A stretch of 53,013 nucleotides of DNA from a virus (taxonomy: Duplodnaviria > Caudoviricetes). Every line of letters starts with the position of its first letter. Within the stretch, counting starts at the first letter, position 1. Below, piece by piece: positions 17,823 through 25,784 of the stretch. The notes below the pieces were generated by a model. That model saw nothing but the letters and a program-made list of their open reading frames with translations. It was not told where the DNA came from and searched no databases. The translations under genes and the position numbers were made by a program. Location of the stretch: IMG/VR virus record IMGVR_UViG_3300049926_000089, positions 1-53,013 of that record; one strand, given 5' to 3'.

Positions 17823-18187
17823 GAGTCCTCCCTGACCGCGGCAAACAGCCGCTCATACGCGTCGGCACGAGCCGGGCTGTCCGGCTCCGACTCGACGTAG
17901 ACCCGGGCGGCGTCGGCGACCAGCCGCAGCCGGGCCTGCACACCCCGCGCCAGCCTCAGCTCGGCGAGCATCGCCAGCGCCTCCGGCGAGTCCGGCTCGA
18001 CGACCCGCGGCGGCCACGCCGGCCAGATCGCGCACGTGGCCAGCGCGGCCAGGTAGTCGACGACCGCCCGGTCGCGGTGGTCGCGGGCCAGGGCGAAGTC
18101 GTTGGCGTCGCGGGCCACCTCGGCGCAGGCGCGGCGCTGCTCGCCGCGGCGCAGATGGTCCTCGGCGGACTGCAGGGGCTCGGTCAT
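17819..18187 (-). CDS. hypothetical protein
   Basis: Coupled 122-aa ORF. Confidence 0.65.
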   Translation of the reverse strand: MTEPLQSAEDHLRRGEQRRACAEVARDANDFALARDHRDRAVVDYLAALATCAIWPAWPPRVVEPDSPEALAMLAELRLARGVQARLRLVADAARVYVESEPDSPARADAYERLFAAVREDS

Positions 18188-18915
18188 GAGTGCGTCCGGG
18201 GAGTTTCGCCGTGCTCAAACCGCGCGGAGCGGGCCGCCCGATAGGCGGCCAAGACGACGTCGTCGCAGGTTTCGTCCATGTCCAGAGCCGGCGTAACCCA
18301 GTCCGGGCCGCTGCTGCTGAGCCACCACGGCCGCCGGTTCTTATGGAACCGGCCGAACCCCCAGTTGCTGTGGTCCACGCCTGATCCGTCGCAGAGATTG
18401 CAGTGCACGCTTGGCTCCCTTTCACAGCATGGCCCGCTGCATGGGCTGAAGGCGTGCCAGGCCCAGTCACCAACGATGGTGGGCTCGGGGATGGGCCCGA
18501 GGATCATCAGACGCGGGCCGGCGCCGGCCCGGTCAGGGAGCTGGCGGCATGCCGCCTCCATCAGTGGCAGGTCGATGCCGCGCGAATCGCCTTTGACCTC
18601 GATCCAGGTGCCGCAATCAGGCAGCAGGAAGTCCGGCAGATAAGGCGTCGGACCGTAGGGGCCGGAGATGTTCGCTCCGGCGTCGGTGTTGTGCGATGCA
18701 TACGGTTCGATGACGTAGCCCTGCGGTTCGTACTCCCATGAGATGCCGGCGTGGTCGAAGAACACCGCCCAACGGGCTTCAAGCCGGGACCGGAAGTGGC
18801 AACCGGCGTAGCGAGTCTGAATGGACTTGATGTCCGTGGTGGACATGGTCATCTCCCTGAGTCGGACGAACAGGCGGTCGGCGATGGTGGCGAAGTGCTC
18901 GGGGCCGGCGGTCAC
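18184..18915 (-). CDS. PD-(D/E)XK nuclease-like protein
   Basis: FRSRLEARWAVFFD..WEYEP..YLPDF..WIEVKG; alternative start at 18846. Confidence 0.75.
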   Translation of the reverse strand: MTAGPEHFATIADRLFVRLREMTMSTTDIKSIQTRYAGCHFRSRLEARWAVFFDHAGISWEYEPQGYVIEPYASHNTDAGANISGPYGPTPYLPDFLLPDCGTWIEVKGDSRGIDLPLMEAACRQLPDRAGAGPRLMILGPIPEPTIVGDWAWHAFSPCSGPCCEREPSVHCNLCDGSGVDHSNWGFGRFHKNRRPWWLSSSGPDWVTPALDMDETCDDVVLAAYRAARSARFEHGETPRTHS

Positions 18916-20303
18916 GGCGAGCCGTCGCAGTTGGCGCGGTGGCCGTTAGATTCGGGCGGAAAGCCGCAGCCCGGGCATTTGTCGTCGTCGGGCCAGAGAG
19001 GCGCACCGGCGGAAGAGGGCGCAACCGGGACATTCGGGCCGCTTGCCGTTCCAGAAATGTCAGAACCTAGAACAGGCGTGCTCTGCTCTTCTTGTATTCC
19101 AATATTCTGGGTACTGACTTTTCTGGAACGAAGCGTCTTCAACGCGCCTTGATCGATAGGTTCGGCGAGGACGTATCGCCACCCTCTGTCCCCTTCCTCC
19201 TGGTTTTGTTGCAGCAGGCCGAGCAGGTGCAGCGCCTGCAGCTCCCGGTCCACGGTGTTGCGGGGGCGCTGCAGGCGTTTCCGGACCTCGTTCGTCGTCG
19301 AGTGCGGGTGGTCGAGCAGGTCGGTCAGCAGCGCCAGGCGCAGCGGCGGCATGGAGTCGCCGGCCACCCTGACCGCGGTCGACAGGGCCCGGTCGTGGTC
19401 CATCCCGATGGCGAGCCCGCCGCGGACGATCTGGCCGAGCATCTTCGCGAACCGGGTCGGCATCTCCGGCGCGTGCGCCTCGGTGACGTTGCCCTGGTAG
19501 TCGCGTTCGACGGCGGTCCGGGCGAACGTCACCAGGTCCGCGACGGCCAGCAGCACGTCCATGTCGGATTCGGTGATTTCCGCGCGTTCCGGGTCGAGGT
19601 GTTCGCCGATGAGTTCGCGGACGGCGTCGGACAGTTCGCGGCGCATCTCGATTTCGTGGTTGACGTTGGTCAGGGCCTGCCGGCCGGCGGCGAGCCGCCC
19701 GACGCTGGAGTCGACGCGTACGAGTGCGAACCGGTCGCCCATGGCGGCGATGACGGCGTGCGCCGAGTCGTAGGCGGTGGTGACGGCCCCGACGAGGACG
19801 ATGCGGCCCACCCAGGTCAGGGTTTTGCCGCCGTCGGTGCCGACGTTGCGTTCCCACCGGCCGTCGTAGACCTCCCGCAGCGCGGCGAGCACGGATGCGC
19901 GCAGGTCGCGGTTCATCGACAGGATGGACGTGAAGTCCTTGACGACGAGCACACCGCCGTCGCCGATCTTGCGGAGCAGGCCGCCGGTTGAGCCCTTGAC
20001 CTTCTCCCGCGCGGGGGTCGCCGACAACAATGCGCCTTCGCTGGTGACGGTGGAGGTGACGTGCGCGCCGATGCCGGCGAGCGCCCCGACGGTCTCGGTC
20101 TTGGCGTTGCCGCTGCCGGACACGACGAGCAGCCAGGGCGGGTCGCCGCCGAGCTTCTCGCAGGCGGCGACGGACAGCACGGCGTCCAGCGAGCCGGTGT
20201 CGTATTCGGCGCCGAGCCACCGGCGGAACGTGCGGTGGGTGCCGGCGAGCCCGCTCTGGCTGGCTATCTCCGCGGCGATGTCGTCGGCGCTGAGCTCGCT
20301 CAC
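18912..20303 (-). CDS. replication ATPase/helicase-like initiator (AAA+/MCM-like with C-terminal wHTH)
   Basis: Variant Walker A SGSGNAKT, VVKDFTSIL, LREVYDG, MGDRF; GTG start VSELSADD. Confidence 0.7.
   Translation of the reverse strand: MSELSADDIAAEIASQSGLAGTHRTFRRWLGAEYDTGSLDAVLSVAACEKLGGDPPWLLVVSGSGNAKTETVGALAGIGAHVTSTVTSEGALLSATPAREKVKGSTGGLLRKIGDGGVLVVKDFTSILSMNRDLRASVLAALREVYDGRWERNVGTDGGKTLTWVGRIVLVGAVTTAYDSAHAVIAAMGDRFALVRVDSSVGRLAAGRQALTNVNHEIEMRRELSDAVRELIGEHLDPERAEITESDMDVLLAVADLVTFARTAVERDYQGNVTEAHAPEMPTRFAKMLGQIVRGGLAIGMDHDRALSTAVRVAGDSMPPLRLALLTDLLDHPHSTTNEVRKRLQRPRNTVDRELQALHLLGLLQQNQEEGDRGWRYVLAEPIDQGALKTLRSRKVSTQNIGIQEEQSTPVLGSDISGTASGPNVPVAPSSAGAPLWPDDDKCPGCGFPPESNGHRANCDGSP
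19047..19130. repeat. 26-bp imperfect inverted repeat, candidate replication origin
   Basis: 19047-19072 matches the reverse complement of 19105-19130 at 23/26; AT-richer 32-nt spacer. Confidence 0.6.
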
Positions 20304-20605
20304 GGGGCCTCCCGCAGCGGCCTGCCGGTGTCCCAGTCCACGGGCCCGCCGGTGTAGGTGCCGGCCGGCGGGTTGCGCATGACGGCGTCGCGGGCGGCCT
20401 GGCGCTGGACGCGGGTGGTCCGCGGCTGCACGTACTCGCGCCAGCATTCGACGGTCTCGGCCATCTCACCGGCGTATCCGTGCAGCCGGCCGGTCTCGTA
20501 GGCGAGGTGCACGAGGTAGGCGACCTGGGCACGCGTGAACGTCTCCCGGCTGGTCATGGCCTCGACGGCGGCGAGTGTTGTGCCCGGTTCGAGCGTGGTG
20601 GTCAC
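20300..20605 (-). CDS. hypothetical protein
   Basis: GTG start after a GAAAGGG RBS-like sequence; coupled to the replication gene. Confidence 0.65.
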   Translation of the reverse strand: MTTTLEPGTTLAAVEAMTSRETFTRAQVAYLVHLAYETGRLHGYAGEMAETVECWREYVQPRTTRVQRQAARDAVMRNPPAGTYTGGPVDWDTGRPLREAP

Positions 20606-20637
20606 CTGCTGGCCCTTTCTGTGGCGCTGGTTGCGGG

Positions 20638-20841
20638 TCAGAACAGGGGTGGCTGTTCGGGCGGTGGTTCGTGTCCTTGCAGGGGTGTGACGGTGGTCCC
20701 GGGCCCTGCCCACCGCTTGGCCTGCTCGAGATGGTTCAGGCAGGTCAGGCATTCGCGGGTTCCGCTGTCGACGGCGTACGCGGCTTGATGGCCGTGGTCG
20801 CCGAAGTGGCAGTAGCTGGGCAGGGCCCGGGACTCGGCCAT
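20638..20841 (-). CDS. small Cys/His protein
   Basis: 67 aa directly after the SSB stop. Confidence 0.6.
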   Translation of the reverse strand: MAESRALPSYCHFGDHGHQAAYAVDSGTRECLTCLNHLEQAKRWAGPGTTVTPLQGHEPPPEQPPLF

Positions 20842-21354
20842 CTAGAACGGCGGGGTGTCCGAGTAGACCCCGTTGGCGGGGGCCTGCGAGGTGGCCGGCT
20901 TTACGGTCGGAGCGCTCTGATCGCCCATGAGTGCGTCGTTGGCGGCCTGGCCGGCGGGCGGCGTGTACCTCGCGGCGTACACCTTCTTGTCATTGCCGCG
21001 ACCGCGGCTGTTGGGCTCGTCGCGCTCGTACTTGACGAACAGGGCGCCCCCGACGTCGAGGCCCTTGGCCTTGACCGCGCGCACGGCGTCGGCGACGGCC
21101 TGGCGCATCTGGCCCTTGATGTAGAAGGCCCGCACTCCGTCGTCGTCGGTGTCGTCGCGCTGGTCGGTCTGGACCTGCACGACGATCTGCATCATCGGGT
21201 TGCCGTCGTCGTAGAACTTCGGCTTCTGGGTGTCGAAGTCGGTCTGCTGGGTGACCCGCGGCTCGCGCAGGATCGACCCTCCGACGACGGTGCCTGGGCT
21301 CTTGAAGGCGGCCGACTTGACGCCGCCCCCCATGAGCAGGTCATTCGCGTCCAC
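20842..21354 (-). CDS. single-stranded DNA-binding protein (actinophage type)
   Basis: 'QQTDFDTQKPKFYDDGNPMMQIVVQVQTD'; acidic/aromatic tail DTPPF. Confidence 0.75.
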   Translation of the reverse strand: MDANDLLMGGGVKSAAFKSPGTVVGGSILREPRVTQQTDFDTQKPKFYDDGNPMMQIVVQVQTDQRDDTDDDGVRAFYIKGQMRQAVADAVRAVKAKGLDVGGALFVKYERDEPNSRGRGNDKKVYAARYTPPAGQAANDALMGDQSAPTVKPATSQAPANGVYSDTPPF

Positions 21355-21417
21355 TGCTGCTCCTTGATCTCCTGGACTGCTGGTTTCCTCCGGCCCGCGC
21401 CCGTGCGGCGCGGGGGT

Positions 21418-22620
21418 CTACGTGGCGGCGATGAGGCCGTCGGTGAGCCGGTCGATCCGCCTTTCGTGGGCTGCCTCGTCGCCGGCACAGCCGTCCCAAT
21501 CCGAGGGCTGGCCGCCGCGCTTGAACGGGCAGAAGCCGCAGTTGCCCGGGTTGGCGGGCACTGCCGCGATCGCGTGAGGGCGGTTGGTGACGTCGAGCTC
21601 GTCGACCAGATCGACGACGCCCCAGTACCGTTCGATGGCCCACTGGGCGAGGTCCGGGTTGTAGGGCTCGGTCCATTCGTCGGAGTCGTCGTACTTCCAC
21701 GAACGTGACAGCAGGACCAGGCGGACGTGCTTGACGTCGCGGCCTTTGTTAGCGTGGCCGAGCCCGTACAGGTGGGCCTGGATGCGGTAGTCCTGGCTGA
21801 CCTGCTCCCGCGGCGGTTTCCCGAGCCGCTTCGCCGTCCGGAGTTTGGTCAGCGACGTGGTGCCGACGTGTTTCCAGTCGACGACCATGCCGTGGTCCAG
21901 GTCGAACGCGTCGCCGTTGCCCTCGATGGCCGGGTAGTGCCCGGGGCCGGGGTCGACGACGAGCCGGTCCTCGGCCAGCCACCGTTCCCTGCCCAGCGAC
22001 GCGTTCCAGTAGGCGACGACGTCCTCCATGGAGGCGTGCACGGCGGTGCCCTGGAACGGCGCCCAGGTGGGCTCGGTGATCGGGCGCCGCGGCGCGCCGG
22101 CGAGTTTGCGGGCGATCTGCTGCTGGCAGGGGGTGCCGAGTTCGGACGGGCCGAGTTCCTTCTGCATGCTGCGGGGCCGGGCGGCTTCGAAGTCGATGAG
22201 GACCTGGCGCAGCTCGGTGATGGTCGACGGCGGGGCCGTGTCGGTGGTGAGGGCGGCGTACTCGTGCCGGGTCACCGGGATGCCCGCTAGCTGCGCGGCG
22301 GCCGCGCAGCCCGTCGCTCCTGGGGATGCGTCGCGGATGAATGCCAGGCAGAGACCGGGCCGGGTGTCGACCATCTGCTGGTTGCGGCGGTGTCCGGCGC
22401 TCTTGCCGTGGGTGTTCCAGTCGGCGGGGAATCGTTCGACCCGGACGCCTCGGATCTTGCACCAGTTGTCGGCGATGAAGTCCGCCCCCTTCGGGCAGGC
22501 GCCGTGGACGACGACCAGCGCATCACCGTGCTGTTTGTGCAGCGCGTCGAGCTTGCTGCCGATGAGGTCGGCGTTGTCCCAGGTGCGCGAACCGGTGATC
22601 AGTACTCGAACGTCGCTCAC
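21418..22620 (-). CDS. SLOG (YspA/DUF2493-like) domain fused to Cas4/RecB-like PD-(D/E)XK exonuclease
   Basis: N-terminus RVLITGSR..VVHGACPKGAD..AGHRRNQQM; C-terminus GPSELGTPC, GTAVH, VVDWK, Q.HLYG, CGFCPF. Confidence 0.8.
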   Translation of the reverse strand: MSDVRVLITGSRTWDNADLIGSKLDALHKQHGDALVVVHGACPKGADFIADNWCKIRGVRVERFPADWNTHGKSAGHRRNQQMVDTRPGLCLAFIRDASPGATGCAAAAQLAGIPVTRHEYAALTTDTAPPSTITELRQVLIDFEAARPRSMQKELGPSELGTPCQQQIARKLAGAPRRPITEPTWAPFQGTAVHASMEDVVAYWNASLGRERWLAEDRLVVDPGPGHYPAIEGNGDAFDLDHGMVVDWKHVGTTSLTKLRTAKRLGKPPREQVSQDYRIQAHLYGLGHANKGRDVKHVRLVLLSRSWKYDDSDEWTEPYNPDLAQWAIERYWGVVDLVDELDVTNRPHAIAAVPANPGNCGFCPFKRGGQPSDWDGCAGDEAAHERRIDRLTDGLIAAT

Positions 22621-23063
22621 GCCGCCACCTGCTGCCGGTCGAGGGGTTTGCCGCCGGGCCCGAACAGGGCGGGCAGCCCTTGCCGGTACCGGGACCGGAC
22701 GACCTGTTCGCCTTTGACGCCGACGTGCCGGCTGATGGCGGCGTCGGTGAGCCGCTGTTCCCACAGGGTGCGTACCTGCTCGTCGATCTCGGCGAGGCGT
22801 TCGGGGCTGAGCCGGTTCTTGATCCGTCCGCCCATGAGCCGGCGGATGTGGGTGCGGTTGCGGCCGACCCTGATGCCGATCGCGTTGTCGCTGAGTCCCT
22901 GGGCGCGTCCGGCGTGGACGACCTCGCGGCGTTCGGCCTGGCCCATGGCGGTGTAGACGGCGTGGTTGCCGGCGAGGGCGTAGTCGACGGCGACGTGGTC
23001 GTACGGGTAGCCGGCGGGCAGTTCGGTGAGGCAGCGCGGGCACAGGTAGGGCAGATCTTTCAC
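22617..23063 (-). CDS. HTH DNA-binding protein
   Basis: GLSDNAIGIRVG and LTDAAISRHVG HTH-like repeats. Confidence 0.65.
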   Translation of the reverse strand: MKDLPYLCPRCLTELPAGYPYDHVAVDYALAGNHAVYTAMGQAERREVVHAGRAQGLSDNAIGIRVGRNRTHIRRLMGGRIKNRLSPERLAEIDEQVRTLWEQRLTDAAISRHVGVKGEQVVRSRYRQGLPALFGPGGKPLDRQQVAA

Positions 23064-23431
23064 CAGGGCACCCCCGACTGCTGCCGGCCGGCGGAGACGG
23101 CTTCGGCCATCTCGAGCAGCGCCTCGCCGGCGCCTTCGGCGCGGCCCTGCTGGTAGGCGCTGCTGAACTTGCGCGGGATGAGCTGAAGGGCGGCGAGGAC
23201 GTCGAGGGCGGTGGCCGCGTCGGCGTCTCGCAGGGTGACGCCGGTCCAGTCGTTGCCTGCCCGGACTTCGCTGTCGTCCCAGTGGACGACGCAGACGTAG
23301 CCGTGGTCGCCGTTGCGCCACCGGTATTCGATGGTGCCGGGCATCCGGGTGACGTCGTAGGTGACGCATGCCTGGGTGCGGGCCCAGCGCATGGCGTACC
23401 CGACGTTCCGCCAGCCGGTGAACGCCTTCAT
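23060..23431 (-). CDS. hypothetical protein
   Basis: Coupled ORF. Confidence 0.65.
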   Translation of the reverse strand: MKAFTGWRNVGYAMRWARTQACVTYDVTRMPGTIEYRWRNGDHGYVCVVHWDDSEVRAGNDWTGVTLRDADAATALDVLAALQLIPRKFSSAYQQGRAEGAGEALLEMAEAVSAGRQQSGVPW

Positions 23432-23700
23432 GCCGCACCACCGTCGCTGGCAGGCCGGTAGGGCACGCTCGCTTCCGGCGCGAGCACCATCACCTCGGGG
23501 TATTGCTCGTACTCCTCACCGGTGACCGGGTTGGTGCGCGTGGTGTGCAGCCGGAAATCGCAGGACGCTTTGAGGACTATTTCGATGGCTTCGTCCTGGT
23601 CGTAGCGGCCTGCCTCCTCGATGTAGCCGGTGTAGCCGCGGTGGGCGGGACGCCACCACGCCTGGTGTTCATTGCTCCAGATCAAGTATTTGTCGCTCAT
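23428..23700 (-). CDS. hypothetical phage protein
   Basis: MSDKYLIWSNEHQAWWRP..GYT...AGRY, a motif common in phage proteins. Confidence 0.7.
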   Translation of the reverse strand: MSDKYLIWSNEHQAWWRPAHRGYTGYIEEAGRYDQDEAIEIVLKASCDFRLHTTRTNPVTGEEYEQYPEVMVLAPEASVPYRPASDGGAA

Positions 23701-24125
23701 CGGGTGCTCCCGGGGATCGTCTCGGTGGAGGTGCGGGGCCGCGGGATGACCGGGCCGATGTTGCGGGCACGCTGCTTGGCGGCGCGGTCTTCGATCGACA
23801 ACGCGCCGGTGAGGTGCGCGCGCCGGCATCCCTTGCGGTGCGGGAAGGGGCGTTTGATCGGCGGGCAGGTGCATGCCGACTCCATGACGGGTGACAGGCC
23901 GGTGATGACGAGCAGCCCGTCGGTGATGACGTACAGCTCGCGTTTGTCGACGGCTTCGCCTTTGTGGTCGAGGACGTAGCCGCTGATCCAGGCCATGCCG
24001 TCCCACGACTTCGAGGCCGTGACGTCGATGACGCGCAGGATGAGGTGCCGGCCGCCGGCGAACTGGACGCCGCAGTCGGCGCCGACCAGGACGGTGCGCC
24101 CGGGCAGCCGGTCGAGCGGGGTCAC
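23697..24125 (-). CDS. hypothetical protein
   Basis: Coupled ORF; 'VQFAG..ILRVI..W..GYVLD..G.AV..RELYV'. Confidence 0.65.
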   Translation of the reverse strand: MTPLDRLPGRTVLVGADCGVQFAGGRHLILRVIDVTASKSWDGMAWISGYVLDHKGEAVDKRELYVITDGLLVITGLSPVMESACTCPPIKRPFPHRKGCRRAHLTGALSIEDRAAKQRARNIGPVIPRPRTSTETIPGSTR

Positions 24126-24334
24126 CGGTCGCCGCCTTCGCCCTGGTCGGCGAGGTACAGGACGATCTGGTCGGTGTGGTCGTCGTAGTAGGCGCCGACG
24201 ACCCGTACCCGCTGCTGGCCGATTTGGACGACGGCCCGGCTGTCGGGGCCCGCGCCGAGGAACCGGGCCAGCTCCGGGTTGATCAGCAGGTGGGTGAAGG
24301 TGACCGGTACGAGGGCGTCGTGGTCAGTCGCCAT
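24122..24334 (-). CDS. hypothetical protein
   Basis: Start MATDHD lies within the junction repeat. Confidence 0.6.
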   Translation of the reverse strand: MATDHDALVPVTFTHLLINPELARFLGAGPDSRAVVQIGQQRVRVVGAYYDDHTDQIVLYLADQGEGGDR

Positions 24335-24672
24335 GGCGGCCACCGCCCATGCGTTCGATCAGGGCGGCGAGGCGGCCGAGGTCGGAGGCGCGGAACGTCC
24401 GGTACTCGTCACTGACGTCGACGTCGCAGTGGCAGGCGGTCCCGTCGCAGCAGTCCGGTCCGCCGGAGGTCGGCAGCAGGATGGCGTGCCCCTCCTCGCA
24501 GACGACCGTCCAGGTGCTGGTGTCGGAGTCCTTGGGGCTGATGGGCTGCGGGTCGTCCAGGTCGCCGAGGACCAGCGCCGACGTGGTCTCCCAGTGCACG
24601 TACAGCGGCGCGTCGCAGTCCGGCATGACGCAGGTGATCGAGGCGAACTTGCGGTCAGTCGCCATGGCGGCC
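24322..24672. repeat. exact 20-bp direct repeat GGTCAGTCGCCATGGCGGCC
   Basis: Copies at 24322-24341 and 24653-24672 flank one gene. Confidence 0.9.
24324..24665 (-). CDS. Cys-rich hypothetical protein
   Basis: 113 aa, MATDRK...GRHGD. Confidence 0.65.
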   Translation of the reverse strand: MATDRKFASITCVMPDCDAPLYVHWETTSALVLGDLDDPQPISPKDSDTSTWTVVCEEGHAILLPTSGGPDCCDGTACHCDVDVSDEYRTFRASDLGRLAALIERMGGGRHGD

Positions 24673-24870
24673 TCTTCCGTCGAGGTGCAGGGTCTGTTCG
24701 ACGGCGACGGCGAACCAGGCGGTGTACATGTCGAGCTGGTCGGTGAGCTGCCGGTTGGTGTCGCGCAGCCTGTTGCGCTGCCGACGCAGGTGCAGGGCGT
24801 AGAGCAGCAGGAGCGCGGCGAGGACGTAGAGCAGCGAGACGGCGGCGATGACGCCGAGCGCGATCGTCAT
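24655..24870 (-). CDS. small membrane protein
   Basis: N-terminal TM segment followed by a coiled segment. Confidence 0.65.
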   Translation of the reverse strand: MTIALGVIAAVSLLYVLAALLLLYALHLRRQRNRLRDTNRQLTDQLDMYTAWFAVAVEQTLHLDGRGRHGD

Positions 24871-25784
24871 GCCTCACCGCCGGTTGCGTGGAACAGCGTC
24901 GGCAGCGCCATCTCGTCGTCGAGCCGGCGCAGGTTCGTTACCGCAGTTGCCCAGTACGACGTCTTGAGCTCGATGCCGACACCGCGGCGGCCGTGCTTGA
25001 CGGCGGTGTAGACCTCGGACCCGATCCCGGCGAACGGGGTCAGGACCGTCTCGCCGCGGTTGGACCAGAGCCGGATGCACCGCTCGATGAAGTCGAGCTG
25101 CAGCGGGCAGATGTGCCGCTCGTCGGCGTCTTCCTTCCCGGCTCGGGTGTTGAGGGTGTTGGTCTCCTTCACGTCGAGCCAGATCGGCCGGGCCCAGAGG
25201 ATCCATTCCTCGTTGGTGACGTCCGACTTGACCGGGACAGGGTTGTCGCCGGGCTTGCGGAACTTCAGCAGGTAGTCAGGTAGGGCTGGCCGGAGCATGG
25301 ATGCGTCACGGTCCTTGGTGACGAACAACAAGCTGTGGCTCTTGGTGCGGATGGCCTGAGCCTGGGGGTCCTTGTCGACAGTGACCCGGCCGTCGAAGAT
25401 CCATCCTTCGTCGACGAAGGCGCGGACGACCTCGCCGGAGAAGTCGGTCAGGCCGATGACGCCGTGCATTACCTTCTGCTGGGTGATGTCGGCGACGTGC
25501 ACCGCGGCGACCCGGCCGGGTCGGGTGACGCGCAACTGCTCACGGATGATGTAGCGGTAGTGCTCGAAGAACTCACCGCGGGTCCGGCTGTTCGACAGGT
25601 CCCGCGGGCTGGGCGAGTAGTTGTACAGCTGTGCGAACGGTGGGCTGCAGACGGATAGGTCGACGCTGTCGGTCGCGATCTCGGCGAGGCGTTCGCAGCT
25701 GTCGCCGAGCATCAATGTCCAGTTGTCGCCGTGGGCTTCGTCGGTCTGGTAGGTGTCGTCGTAGGTTTCGGTCGCGGCGGTCAT
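24867..25784 (-). CDS. DNA methyltransferase (N4-C/N6-A, beta class)
   Basis: GDS..SVDL..SPPF catalytic motif precedes HICP and PFAGIGS SAM-binding motif. Confidence 0.92.
   Translation of the reverse strand: MTAATETYDDTYQTDEAHGDNWTLMLGDSCERLAEIATDSVDLSVCSPPFAQLYNYSPSPRDLSNSRTRGEFFEHYRYIIREQLRVTRPGRVAAVHVADITQQKVMHGVIGLTDFSGEVVRAFVDEGWIFDGRVTVDKDPQAQAIRTKSHSLLFVTKDRDASMLRPALPDYLLKFRKPGDNPVPVKSDVTNEEWILWARPIWLDVKETNTLNTRAGKEDADERHICPLQLDFIERCIRLWSNRGETVLTPFAGIGSEVYTAVKHGRRGVGIELKTSYWATAVTNLRRLDDEMALPTLFHATGGEA

Noticed and set aside
19060-20532. 490-aa minus-strand ORF overlapping the replication gene
   Set aside because: Alternative-frame Arg/Pro-rich shadow of 18912..20303
21418-22250. Cas4-like domain as part of a CRISPR system
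   Set aside because: Stand-alone phage exonuclease beside the SSB; no array or other cas genes
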